Assembly (NCBI GenBank): GCA_905234835.1
Contig: CAJOIZ010000006.1
Span: 10,345 to 74,344 of the forward strand
Source of the DNA: Paludibacteraceae bacterium
Lineage (GTDB): Bacteria > Bacteroidota > Bacteroidia > Bacteroidales > Paludibacteraceae
Direction: 5' to 3'
DNA length: 64,000 bases
Below the pieces are notes generated by a model. That model was not told the origin of the DNA. It searched no databases and saw nothing but the letters and a program-made list of their open reading frames with translations. Positions 1 through 9,427 of this stretch are shown in pieces. The position numbers and the translations under genes are program-made. Numbering within the stretch: the stretch's first letter is position 1; each line of letters begins with the position of its first letter.

Positions 1-1436
1 GTTGGGCTGTTAATTACAAGCAGCCGGTGTTGCCGTGGCTCAATGTGCATGTAGATGCCTACAATTCTATGGTTCACTTCTCGCCAGAGGTAGAGCATTT
101 TTCCAATACCATATATTTTCAGAAGCCGATTGACTATCAGAATTCCACATTTGCGGCTCCTTATGCGCCGCGCACTCTTTACCGTTACCAATGGACGAGC
201 CAGCGTTTTACAGGCGGTCTGTTGGAGAACACTATCGGTGTGGATGCTCATTATTCCTTATGCAAAGAGGTGGATATGCAGGCTCACTTGGACTTGACTT
301 TGGACGGGATGCTGCTTCGGAACAAGAGTAAAATGAGTGCGAATTGGCAAGCGGGTGTCCGTTTCGACATACATCCATGCAAATGGTTTGATATGAAGGT
401 GGAACTAAGTCACGAGCGGTTGCCTTACACAATAGACTATCTTCGCTACTTCTCCGATGACTACCTGAACGGCACAATTGAACAGTATGACGGCAGCGGC
501 TTTTCGACAAAGGATGTGCAGACCACGGGCGGCAAGTACCACCACTACCAGAAGGGCTTGCAACAAACAAGCTTTGCACAGTTAGACATACCTCTCCGTT
601 TCCGTTTCGGCAGGCACGAGATTACCTTGCAACAGAGTTACCGCCGTTATTTCAATGTATGGTTCACACGCTACATGGGCGGTGCGGATGCTAACGGCAC
701 ATACATGACCCAAGACGGAATAGAAGTATTCTATCCTTCGGCAGGCACGAAAGAATATGAAGTGGGTACGACAGACAATTTCGGACCAAACTGGTTGTTA
801 AACGCACCCTACTATGTATCACAACTGACACGCTACTCGTATTACGGCAAGAAAGTGCTGTTCAGTCTGTCGTGGCAGTCAATGCAAGCAGGAGGATATA
901 GCGCATTGGGTAACGGTCCTAACTCGAACACTGTGGGCGTATTGAGCGAGACAACCGCCAATCCAAACACACAGAACGTTGTAACGAACCAAGCGGGACA
1001 GTACAGGTGTATCGGGACACAGGATCTGGACAAGGGTTTTGTATGCAGGATATACTTAGGGTATAATATCTGCAAATGGGTTCAGGCAGGTGTCACTATG
1101 AAGTGGACCGACGGAAAGCCTTTTACAGATTGGAAGTACTATGAGAAGGATGGCGAATTGGCAATACTGCCCTACGATTCACGAGGCACAAACCCAACGG
1201 ACGGGCATTTCGGAAAGCGCAATTGCGCAAAGTACAATATCGACTTGCATGTACAGGGTCAATGGACGGCGGGCAGTGTGCCTATGAAACTGAATGTGGA
1301 GTGCTACAATATGTGGGACTTCTGCCATGATTTAGCGGAGTTATGCTTTGTACAGGATATTCCGTACGCCAGGCGTGTGAGTATGATAATGGATGTCCCT
1401 GTAGGGCTTCTGACTACGCTTACCGTAGGACTATAA
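1..1436 (+). CDS. hypothetical protein, 5'-partial; possibly an outer-membrane beta-barrel type protein
   Basis: The frame is open from nt 3 to the stop at 1434-1436, with no upstream stop in the window. The GTG at 27 in the ORF track is therefore probably internal. The sequence is rich in Tyr, Trp, Gly and Asn and has no catalytic motif I recognise. Confidence 0.45.
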   Translation, partial: WAVNYKQPVLPWLNVHVDAYNSMVHFSPEVEHFSNTIYFQKPIDYQNSTFAAPYAPRTLYRYQWTSQRFTGGLLENTIGVDAHYSLCKEVDMQAHLDLTLDGMLLRNKSKMSANWQAGVRFDIHPCKWFDMKVELSHERLPYTIDYLRYFSDDYLNGTIEQYDGSGFSTKDVQTTGGKYHHYQKGLQQTSFAQLDIPLRFRFGRHEITLQQSYRRYFNVWFTRYMGGADANGTYMTQDGIEVFYPSAGTKEYEVGTTDNFGPNWLLNAPYYVSQLTRYSYYGKKVLFSLSWQSMQAGGYSALGNGPNSNTVGVLSETTANPNTQNVVTNQAGQYRCIGTQDLDKGFVCRIYLGYNICKWVQAGVTMKWTDGKPFTDWKYYEKDGELAILPYDSRGTNPTDGHFGKRNCAKYNIDLHVQGQWTAGSVPMKLNVECYNMWDFCHDLAELCFVQDIPYARRVSMIMDVPVGLLTTLTVGL

Positions 1437-1443
1437 TCAGGTT

Positions 1444-3360
1444 ATGAAAGGACGAATGCTGCAACCGCTTTGGCGCAGTATCAAGTATTTGCTGCAACTG
1501 CATGTATTAGCATTAGGGATGATGACCCTGTGCCGGTTGGTGCTGTTGTGGACAAATATGCCTTCCGATGGGATTGAGTACGGGTTGCTGTGGCGTTCGC
1601 TTCTGATAGGGATTAAGTTTGACAACCTGATTGTATGCTATATCCAAGCGTTGCCGGTGATTACGCTGACGGCGATTACATTGTGTACGTTGCAACGGGA
1701 AAACAGTGGACGTATCATCAACTATTGCAAGCGTGCCATTGCCTCGATGGAAGGGATATTGTACGGTCTTGTTATCTTCGTGGAAGTAGCCAATGCGCGC
1801 TACTTCCACTTCTTTGACAACCATCTTAATTATGGTGTAACCGAATGGTTCGGGTTTGCGAGCGATACGGCAGGATTAGTGATACAGGATAGCGGCAATC
1901 TGCTGTTTGCTTTGATTGCGTTCGCTATGACAGGCTGTTTTGAATGGGTACTGGTACTGATAACAAGACATTCGATTGCTGTGCCGGATTCCTGTGATGC
2001 GAATGCTGTTCCTTCGCTGAAAGATTACCTGCTTGGCGGGGCTACTTGTATTCTTCTGTACGGATTGGTATTCATCGGTATGCGTGGCAGTCTGCAGCGT
2101 TATCCGCTAAAGGTCAGTTTCGCATATTTCTGCGACAATGCTTATTACAACAAACTGGGGGTCAATCCTGTATTCAATATCATCAAGACAGCGGAAAGCG
2201 GAAAGAACGAGATACCTGATTTCCTTTCTACGGTTGATATAGGGGAAGCAGAGGAGTATGTTCGCAGTGCGTTGTCTGTAGAGCAAGACAGTTGTATCCG
2301 ATTGGAAGGACGTCCCAATGTAGTGCTTGTGCTGATGGAATCAATGACAAGCGCCAACCTTGAGCGTCAGTACAACGGTCAGTACCTCACTCCTTATCTG
2401 CGTTCGCTTCGGGACAGCAGTATCTATTGCTGTAACGCCTTTTCCGCCGGCATCCATACAAACAACGGCATCGTAGCTTCACAATTCGGTTATATACCTA
2501 ACTTTGCCCGGGCTATGATGGACGTGAACGCCAATCACTATACGGGTATGCCTTACTACCTGCAAGAGGCAGGTTATCATAATCTTGCCTTCGTGACAGG
2601 CAATCCTCAGTATGACAATATGAATAGTTTCTGGCGTGAAAACCATATTCCTGTCATCTATTCACTGTACGACTACGAACAGAGTGCCGTAGTCAATAAC
2701 TACGGTGTGCCCGACGGATATCTATTCCATTGGGGTATTGACCGTCTCAACAAGGAACAGGAACCGTTCTTTGCCACTTTTCTTACGGTTAGCAATCATC
2801 CGCCTTACGTAGTGCCTGAATCATTCCGTTCACGCGGGAAGGACAATGAAGAGCGAATCATCGCCTACGCTGACGATGCAATACGGCAGTTTATGCAGGC
2901 CGCTCAGCAGACGCAATGGGGACGGAACACGCTTTTCATTCTAACGGGTGACCACGGTGCACCATTGGAATCACCTTACGAAATGAATCTGCCGCTCAAC
3001 CAGATACCTATTTATTTCGCAGGCTGCGGAGTAACGCCACAAAGGGTAACGCACCCTGTTTCGCAAATTGATATTCCGGCAACCGTCCTCGGACTGCTCG
3101 GTATCGATTATGAGAATCCTACTACAGGGATTGATATCCTGCGCGGTAAGCGACAGTATGCCTATTTTGTGAGTAACGAACATTTAGGCGTCAGTGACGG
3201 GAAGTGGTTCTGGTGCTACGGTGTGAACAGCCGTCAGGAACACCTGTACCTAATCGGAAGTGCGGAGGACGTAAAGGACCGTTATCCCGAACGTGCAGAG
3301 GAGATGCGGCAGTACGGTAACAATATGCAACGTGTCAATCTTGAAAGGATGCGACAATGA
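1444..3360 (+). CDS. LTA-synthase family / sulfatase-like phosphoglycerol transferase (N-terminal multi-TM region plus alkaline-phosphatase-superfamily domain)
   Basis: ATG at 1444. The N-terminal ~200 aa contain several hydrophobic helices. These are followed by 'VVLVLMESMTSAN' (nucleophile region), 'SNHPPY' and 'TGDHG', which are typical of the LtaS/MdoB family. Confidence 0.75.
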   Translation: MKGRMLQPLWRSIKYLLQLHVLALGMMTLCRLVLLWTNMPSDGIEYGLLWRSLLIGIKFDNLIVCYIQALPVITLTAITLCTLQRENSGRIINYCKRAIASMEGILYGLVIFVEVANARYFHFFDNHLNYGVTEWFGFASDTAGLVIQDSGNLLFALIAFAMTGCFEWVLVLITRHSIAVPDSCDANAVPSLKDYLLGGATCILLYGLVFIGMRGSLQRYPLKVSFAYFCDNAYYNKLGVNPVFNIIKTAESGKNEIPDFLSTVDIGEAEEYVRSALSVEQDSCIRLEGRPNVVLVLMESMTSANLERQYNGQYLTPYLRSLRDSSIYCCNAFSAGIHTNNGIVASQFGYIPNFARAMMDVNANHYTGMPYYLQEAGYHNLAFVTGNPQYDNMNSFWRENHIPVIYSLYDYEQSAVVNNYGVPDGYLFHWGIDRLNKEQEPFFATFLTVSNHPPYVVPESFRSRGKDNEERIIAYADDAIRQFMQAAQQTQWGRNTLFILTGDHGAPLESPYEMNLPLNQIPIYFAGCGVTPQRVTHPVSQIDIPATVLGLLGIDYENPTTGIDILRGKRQYAYFVSNEHLGVSDGKWFWCYGVNSRQEHLYLIGSAEDVKDRYPERAEEMRQYGNNMQRVNLERMRQ

Positions 3361-4493
3361 AGACTATCTACTTTGATGCGAAACGGGCATTCCTTAACCG
3401 GCGTGGATTAGGCAACTACAGCCGGGACGTTATCCGTCTGCTGACAACCTACGCACCGGAAAACCAATACTGCCTACTCACTCCGCGCTATGAAAGTGAC
3501 GGGCAACCATTCCCGAAGGAATGTGATTGGATAGCCAAAGACAACCATTGTTCGCTCCTTACCCCGACAGGTCTGTGGCGGTTGTCTCCCTCCCTATGGC
3601 GGACGTGTGGCTGTACACACGACATCAAGCGTCTATCAACTGACGGTGAGACGGTCTATTGGGGTCTGTCGGGTGAAGTGCCGTTCGGCATACGCAAGAC
3701 AGGCTGCAAGGTAATGGTGACTATGCATGACGCTATCTTTATGCGCTACCCTGAACTATACAGCCGTGGCTACAGGCAACTGTTTGAACAGAAGGTACGT
3801 TATGCATGTGAAGCGGCTGACTTAATTATCGCTATCTCAGAACAAACGAAAAGTGACCTACTGACATTCTTTGATGCCGACGAAAAGAAAGTCAGGGTAG
3901 TCTATCAAGGCTGCAACAACCGCTTTCGTGAGCCTGTGAGCAAGGAACAGATTGAGGATGTCAGACGTAAATACAATCTGCCGGAACATTATATCCTGAG
4001 TGTCGGAGCCATTGAGCCACGCAAGAACCTGCGCGGTCTGATAGAGGGGATGTACTCAGCACATATTGAACTGCCATTAGTGGCAGTAGGCGGTAAAAGC
4101 CGATATGCAGCAGAGATGGCGGAACTGGCACGTATGAGAAAAGTGGAACTCCACTATCTGCATAACCTACCTTTTGCCGAACTGCCTGCTGTATATAAGA
4201 TGGCTGACGTGTTCTGTTATCCGAGCCTATTCGAGGGGTTCGGTATTCCCATCTTAGAGTCCATGTGCATCGGGACACCGGTAGTGACATCCACCGGCAG
4301 TTGCTTTGCCGAGACAGGTGGTGACGCCGCGTTGTATGCCGCACCTGCAAACTTCGGGGAAATAGGAGCACAACTGAAGCGTGTGCTGTCCGACAGTACC
4401 CTGCGCGCAACGATGACCACAAAAGGTCATGAACAAGCGGAGAAGTTTACAGACGCGAAAGTGGCTTCTAATCTGAAGAGTTTACTTTGTTGA
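3357..4493 (+). CDS. glycosyltransferase family 4 (GT-B fold)
   Basis: The start overlaps the upstream stop (ATGA), suggesting an operon. The C-terminal motif 'PSLFEGFGIPILESM' is of the EX7E type. Confidence 0.8.
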   Translation: MKTIYFDAKRAFLNRRGLGNYSRDVIRLLTTYAPENQYCLLTPRYESDGQPFPKECDWIAKDNHCSLLTPTGLWRLSPSLWRTCGCTHDIKRLSTDGETVYWGLSGEVPFGIRKTGCKVMVTMHDAIFMRYPELYSRGYRQLFEQKVRYACEAADLIIAISEQTKSDLLTFFDADEKKVRVVYQGCNNRFREPVSKEQIEDVRRKYNLPEHYILSVGAIEPRKNLRGLIEGMYSAHIELPLVAVGGKSRYAAEMAELARMRKVELHYLHNLPFAELPAVYKMADVFCYPSLFEGFGIPILESMCIGTPVVTSTGSCFAETGGDAALYAAPANFGEIGAQLKRVLSDSTLRATMTTKGHEQAEKFTDAKVASNLKSLLC

Positions 4494-4500
4494 TTCCTTT

Positions 4501-4995
4501 TTACACCACTCCCTGCGTGACTTCGTGGTAGGCGTGCAGCGAGAGATTGTCACTGACGACTTTGAGCGCTGAAACGCGTTCGAAGCCGAGTGCTGCTATA
4601 TAGGCAAGTTCCATATCGAAGACACAGTCCTTGTAATCAGACTGAAGGACGAAGTCGGAATTGGTGTAGCAAACGGCACGGCTATGGGCAATGGGGAAGA
4701 GAGACTGCTCTGCCGAATCCATTTCGCATGGCGCCAGCATCTGCACGGGTTCGTCGTAGCGGCAGTTGGGGTGGTTAAGGCGCACCTCGGTGACTTCTAC
4801 AAGCGTGCCAATCTCGAAATTAGCACTACCCGCATATCCGATGTTAAGAACGTGCGTGTCACGCGGCAGATCGCGCAGGGAACGGATAATATTCACCGCA
4901 CCTACGCCTGTAACAAGGACATCCCAACGGCAGTCGGGAAGATACTTTTCAATTAACTTTCTTTCGCCTTCTTCGGCAATCAAAATCAAGTTCAT
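4501..4995 (-). CDS. short phosphorylase-family (PNP_UDP_1 / MTA-SAH-nucleosidase-like) protein
   Basis: 'VTGVGAVN' and 'FDMELAYIA' resemble the MtnN/PNP_UDP_1 motifs. The protein is only 164 aa. It is convergent with the GT4 gene, 7 nt away. Confidence 0.45.
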   Translation of the reverse strand: MNLILIAEEGERKLIEKYLPDCRWDVLVTGVGAVNIIRSLRDLPRDTHVLNIGYAGSANFEIGTLVEVTEVRLNHPNCRYDEPVQMLAPCEMDSAEQSLFPIAHSRAVCYTNSDFVLQSDYKDCVFDMELAYIAALGFERVSALKVVSDNLSLHAYHEVTQGVV

Positions 4996-5112
4996 ATTAC
5001 GGATAACCTATTAAAAATCCAACAATCGGAGAAGCGCAAAAATAGCACAACAAAAGTACGGCGTTTTTTTGAGATACACAAAGATTTTGTAAAAATTCGG
5101 TGTGATTAGCAG

Positions 5113-5178
5113 AATAACATAATAATAACATAATAATCACATAGTAATAACATAATAATCACATAATAACAACATAGA
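5113..5178. repeat. tandem 11-nt array, 6 units (aataacataat / aatcacata[ag]t)
   Basis: Counted by hand. The units occupy 5113-23, 5124-34, 5135-45, 5146-56, 5157-67 and 5168-78. Confidence 0.9.
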
Positions 5179-5349
5179 GTATCAAGCTGTTAGGTAGGGG
5201 CAAAAAAAGGCTTTTTCAGGCAGAGGAAATGGAGATAAATATGGATAATCAAGGAGGTGAAACGGAGATTGACAAGGAGTATCAGGAAGGGAAAATGGAG
5301 AAAAGTTTGAGGAAATGACATATTGTTTGCATACATCAAAGAAATGCCG

Positions 5350-5357
5350 TATTTTTG
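5350..5357 (+). promoter_or_regulatory. candidate Bacteroidetes -7 box TAnnTTTG (TATTTTTG)
   Basis: This is a motif match about 120 nt upstream of the ATG at 5478. That distance is long, so confidence is low. Confidence 0.3.
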
Positions 5358-5477
5358 CGGGTCATACCAGTGACTCCATGAACCGATGTTTCTCTGTTTC
5401 ACAAAGACAGCTGGCTGAGACAGATGACTGTTACATCGGATTCAAGACAACAGGAAAACATATACAGAGACAAGAAT

Positions 5478-6029
5478 ATGATATACACACTAACATTTTC
5501 GAGCGAAGAAGTTGAGAACTTCCGGCTCGTATTCGCCGCTGACAGCGGCAGCAGTTTCCTTGAACTCCACAAAGCCATCCTCGCCGCCGCCAAGTACACA
5601 GACGACCAGATGACCTCGTTCTTCATGTGCAACGACCGCTGGGAGAAAGAACAGGAAGTGACACTCGTGGAGATGGACCGCAGCTTCGAGTACGACAACA
5701 TGATAATGGAGGACACCCGCCTCGAGGACCTGCTCCACGAGAAAGGCGACCGCCTCATCTACATCTTCGACCCGATGTTCGAGCGTTACTTCTTCGGGCG
5801 TCTGACAGACATGAAAGCCGGTCACCAAGACGGTGTTACCCTCAAGCAGAAACAGGGCAAAGCACCTAAACAGTTGCAGACGGAGCAAGACTTTGAAGCG
5901 CAGCTGAAGAAGAGCGGAATGGACTTAGGGATGGATGAGGAATTCTACGGCGATTCGCAGTACGAAGAAAGCGACATCGACACAGAAGGGTTCCAAGACC
6001 TGAGCTTCGAGGATGGGTCAATGTTCTGA
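5478..6029 (+). CDS. pRiA4b ORF-3-like / IS1096 TnpR-passenger-like family protein with an acidic C-terminal tail
   Basis: The ATG at 5478 (MIYTLTF...) is preferred over the longer ORF-track start. 'YIFDPMFERYFFGRL' and the overall layout recall the PRiA4_ORF3 fold. The assignment is from memory only. Confidence 0.45.
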   Translation: MIYTLTFSSEEVENFRLVFAADSGSSFLELHKAILAAAKYTDDQMTSFFMCNDRWEKEQEVTLVEMDRSFEYDNMIMEDTRLEDLLHEKGDRLIYIFDPMFERYFFGRLTDMKAGHQDGVTLKQKQGKAPKQLQTEQDFEAQLKKSGMDLGMDEEFYGDSQYEESDIDTEGFQDLSFEDGSMF

Positions 6030-6903
6030 CCGGCTGTCGGTCATCGTGGGTCCTACAGGTGTCGGGAAGACAGAGTTCGCCCTTCGCCGTGCGGAGGAAT
6101 GGGGCTGTCCGATAGTGAACTGCGACTCGCGGCAGATATACCGCGAACTGCCCATCGGCACCGCCGCTCCGACGGCCGAAGAGCAGGCACGTGTCAAGCA
6201 CTACTTCGTAGGGACACACTCGCTGGCAGACGATTACAATGCGGGACAATACGAACGTGATGCGGTTGAACTGCTACGGAGTCTAATGGGCGAAGGGTCG
6301 GACGGTCATCCGTTCGCCATCCTGACAGGAGGAAGTATGCTGTATATGAGCGCTGTACTGCGTGGATTAGACGACCTTCCGACGGTGCCAGCCGAAGTGA
6401 GACAAGGCGTGCAACAGGAGTACGAAGCGAAAGGGCTGGCGTGGCTGCAAGAGGAGGTAAGGCGGATTGACCCAGCATACTGGAACGAGGCGGACCAATC
6501 GAACCCGCAGAGGCTGCTGCATTGCGTGGAGATAACCCGCGTGGCAGGCGTGCCGTACTCGCAACTGCGGAAACGTACACATGCCGAACGCCCGTGGAGA
6601 GTGCACATCACATGCCTCGCCAGACCCCGCGAGGAGCTGTATGAGCGCATCAACCGGCGGGTGGACAAGATGATGGAAGCGGGACTGGAAGAGGAGGCAA
6701 GGAGGGCATACATGCCTTTCAAGGAACAAGGGCTGCCCGTCCCCAACAGCCTGCGGACAGTGGGGTACAGCGAGATGATTGACTTCATAGAGGGACGATG
6801 CACTCGGGAAGAGGCAATCGATAAAATCAAACAGCATACACGCAACTATGCCAAACGGCAGATGACGTGGTACAGAAACAGTTTATACAACTATTCAGCA
6901 TAA
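6013..6903 (+). CDS. miaA: tRNA dimethylallyltransferase
   Basis: P-loop 'IVGPTGVGKTEFAL', then 'CDSRQIYRELPIGTAAPT' and a C-terminal 'YAKRQMTWYRN'. Confidence 0.9.
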   Translation: MGQCSDRLSVIVGPTGVGKTEFALRRAEEWGCPIVNCDSRQIYRELPIGTAAPTAEEQARVKHYFVGTHSLADDYNAGQYERDAVELLRSLMGEGSDGHPFAILTGGSMLYMSAVLRGLDDLPTVPAEVRQGVQQEYEAKGLAWLQEEVRRIDPAYWNEADQSNPQRLLHCVEITRVAGVPYSQLRKRTHAERPWRVHITCLARPREELYERINRRVDKMMEAGLEEEARRAYMPFKEQGLPVPNSLRTVGYSEMIDFIEGRCTREEAIDKIKQHTRNYAKRQMTWYRNSLYNYSA

Positions 6904-7907
6904 TGAATATCAAGCAATTATTCTTTATTGTTCTCTTATCGGCACTGACAGGCTGCCATAAGGTGAGCGTGGACTTTTCCTACTCGCCCACAGCCCCAAA
7001 AACAGGCGAGAAAGTGACGTTCACCAACGAGTCCGAGAACGGAGAGGACTACGTTTGGGACTTCGGCGACAACTACACGGTTGAAACCAAAAGCGCCAGC
7101 CACACCTACAGCAAGGCGGGCACCTACGTGGTGACACTGCGCGAGAAACGGACGAAGAAGACCTGCCAGCACGCCGTGACGGTGACGGACAGCGTGGCGG
7201 GAATCAGTCTGTCATCGGACAGTATATGCCGTTTTGACAATGTAACGCTGAAAGCACAGGTGTGGAATCCGTTCTCCCACGAGGTGAAATACCGCTGGCG
7301 GTTAGATGAGGACACCCGTCTGATTGCGGGCAGCCTGGACGGGGACAGCATCGTGGTGCAGTTCAGACATACTGCGGATCTTCAGAACCACACGGCAACC
7401 GCGCAAATAGGGCTGGACGTGACGATGGACGGCACGGTTTACAGTACGGAACAGACCGTGACGGTATATGAGAGGCAGACGTGGTCGCTGCTGCTGCGCA
7501 CAGCGGACGGCGACTGGTTCCAGCCCGTCTATCTCCCTTATTACGACATGGTCCGCCGTATGGATGACGCGAACGGTTCGGTGAGTTACACGGCGGCGGA
7601 AGGACACGCCCTGCTTGACGGTTTGTCCCCCACCCTGTCAGCGACCGACCGGATGGAGAAGAAACGCTATACGGGCGGCAGCAACGGACTGTATGTGAGC
7701 TATCTGAACGGAAGCGGCGAAGTACAGCTGACAACGGATTCCATAGGGACAATGGTGTTGGACAGCATCCACCAGCGGCTGTTCTACTCAACAGGCGAAG
7801 GTGTGTTTGCCATGCCATTAGTTTATTCACCCAACAACCAAAGCCGGGAAGAGGGCGTCAGAATCAATGAACTGACCGGCATACAAGCAATGACAACAAA
7901 GGAATGA
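6903..7907 (+). CDS. lipoprotein with a PKD domain
   Basis: The ATG at 6903 gives 'MNIKQLFFIVLLSALTGC', a lipobox. The PKD signature is 'VTFTNESENGEDYVWDFGDNYTVETKSASHTYSKAGTYVVTL'. Confidence 0.65.
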   Translation: MNIKQLFFIVLLSALTGCHKVSVDFSYSPTAPKTGEKVTFTNESENGEDYVWDFGDNYTVETKSASHTYSKAGTYVVTLREKRTKKTCQHAVTVTDSVAGISLSSDSICRFDNVTLKAQVWNPFSHEVKYRWRLDEDTRLIAGSLDGDSIVVQFRHTADLQNHTATAQIGLDVTMDGTVYSTEQTVTVYERQTWSLLLRTADGDWFQPVYLPYYDMVRRMDDANGSVSYTAAEGHALLDGLSPTLSATDRMEKKRYTGGSNGLYVSYLNGSGEVQLTTDSIGTMVLDSIHQRLFYSTGEGVFAMPLVYSPNNQSREEGVRINELTGIQAMTTKE

Positions 7908-9421
7908 ATATGCCTGACTATATTTTTGAGACCTCTTGGGAGGTGTGCAACCGCGTGGGCGGCATCCATACCGTCCTGTCAAGCCGTGCGGAGAGTATGA
8001 AGCACGCCTTCGGCAGAAACAACGTCATCTTCTTCGGCCCCGACCTGAAAGAGCGTTCGGACCTGGAGTTCCGCGAGGACAACCGCGTTTTGCGCAAATG
8101 GCGCGAGCAGATTAACACTCTTCCCGATATGCCCAGAGTGCGTACGGGGGTATGGGACATCCCCGGTCATCCGGCAGCCGTGCTGGTTGACTACAGCCAT
8201 CTGTGGGCAAAGAAAGACGCCATCTACGCATGGGCCTGGGAGCGGTTCGGCGTGCGAAGCCACGCCGGGTACGGCGACTACGACGACTCGTGCCTGTTCG
8301 GATATGCAGTCGGACAGGCGATGCAGTCGCTGTACGGACATCTCGCCGTGTACAAGACAACGGCGTTTGCGGCTCACGCCAACGAGTGGCAGACCGGCTT
8401 CGCGGTGTTCTACCTGCGCGCGTTCTGCCCCGCCGTCAAGACGCTCTTCACGACCCATGCGACCGGCATCGGACGTTCCATCGCAGGCAACGGCAAACCC
8501 CTGTATGACTATTTCGAGGGCTACAACGGCGACCAGATGGCGGAGGAGCTGAATATGGTCAGCAAACACTCCGTGGAGAAACAGGCGGCACATCACTGCC
8601 ACTGCTTCACCACGGTGAGCGACCTGACCGCCCGCGAGTGCGTGCAACTGCTCGGGAAGAGGCCGGACGTGGTGACACCCAACGGGTTTGACCTGGGTTC
8701 CGTTCCGACAGCGAAGGTGTTCGCCGCCCGCCGTCAGGAGGCACGTGAGGCTCTGACCGCCGTTTACCGGCAAATTGCACCCGCTTCACAGGATGAGCCG
8801 CTGATGGTCGCCATATCGGGCCGCCAGGAATGGAAGAACAAGGGGATAGACGTGTTCCTGCAGGCGATGGAGCGTATGGCGGACGAGCCGCTGAACCGGC
8901 CCGTGGCGGCATTCGTGATGATTCCGTATCTGGACAAGCCTTCTTGGACAAGAGGGAACGTGACGGTCATCTTCCTGCCCTGGTACTTCCCTATGAGCGC
9001 GCAGGACGTTTCCCAATCCGGCTTGCATTCGCTCGCGGACAAGACTTACTATGACCTGCTGACCGGTATGGATATGACCGTCTTTCCGAGTTACTACGAG
9101 CCGTGGGGCTACACGCCAATGGAGTCGGTCGCCTTCCGCGTGCCGACCGTCACCACCGACCTTGCCGGCTACGGCGTATGGGCGCGGCAGACGATGAAAG
9201 GGGAAGAGCCGCAGCCCGTCACGGTCATCCATCGGACGGACAGTAACAGCGAAGAGGTGATTTGCCGGATTGCTTCCGCCATTCGCAGGTTCATATCCCT
9301 TGACAAGCCGTCCGTGGAGGCTGTGCGGAAAGCCGCAGCGCAACTGGCAAGAAAATCGACATGGGAGCGTTTCTTCCCGTACTACATGAAAGCATATCAC
9401 AAAGCGATGAAAAAACACTAA
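7904..9421 (+). CDS. glycogen synthase, GT3 (eukaryote-type) family
   Basis: The N-terminal 'FETSWEVCNRVGGIHTVL' matches the GT3 glycogen synthase signature (xEVAWEVANKVGGIYTVL in yeast Gsy). The start overlaps the upstream stop. Confidence 0.75.
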   Translation: MNMPDYIFETSWEVCNRVGGIHTVLSSRAESMKHAFGRNNVIFFGPDLKERSDLEFREDNRVLRKWREQINTLPDMPRVRTGVWDIPGHPAAVLVDYSHLWAKKDAIYAWAWERFGVRSHAGYGDYDDSCLFGYAVGQAMQSLYGHLAVYKTTAFAAHANEWQTGFAVFYLRAFCPAVKTLFTTHATGIGRSIAGNGKPLYDYFEGYNGDQMAEELNMVSKHSVEKQAAHHCHCFTTVSDLTARECVQLLGKRPDVVTPNGFDLGSVPTAKVFAARRQEAREALTAVYRQIAPASQDEPLMVAISGRQEWKNKGIDVFLQAMERMADEPLNRPVAAFVMIPYLDKPSWTRGNVTVIFLPWYFPMSAQDVSQSGLHSLADKTYYDLLTGMDMTVFPSYYEPWGYTPMESVAFRVPTVTTDLAGYGVWARQTMKGEEPQPVTVIHRTDSNSEEVICRIASAIRRFISLDKPSVEAVRKAAAQLARKSTWERFFPYYMKAYHKAMKKH

Positions 9422-9427
9422 ACGACA

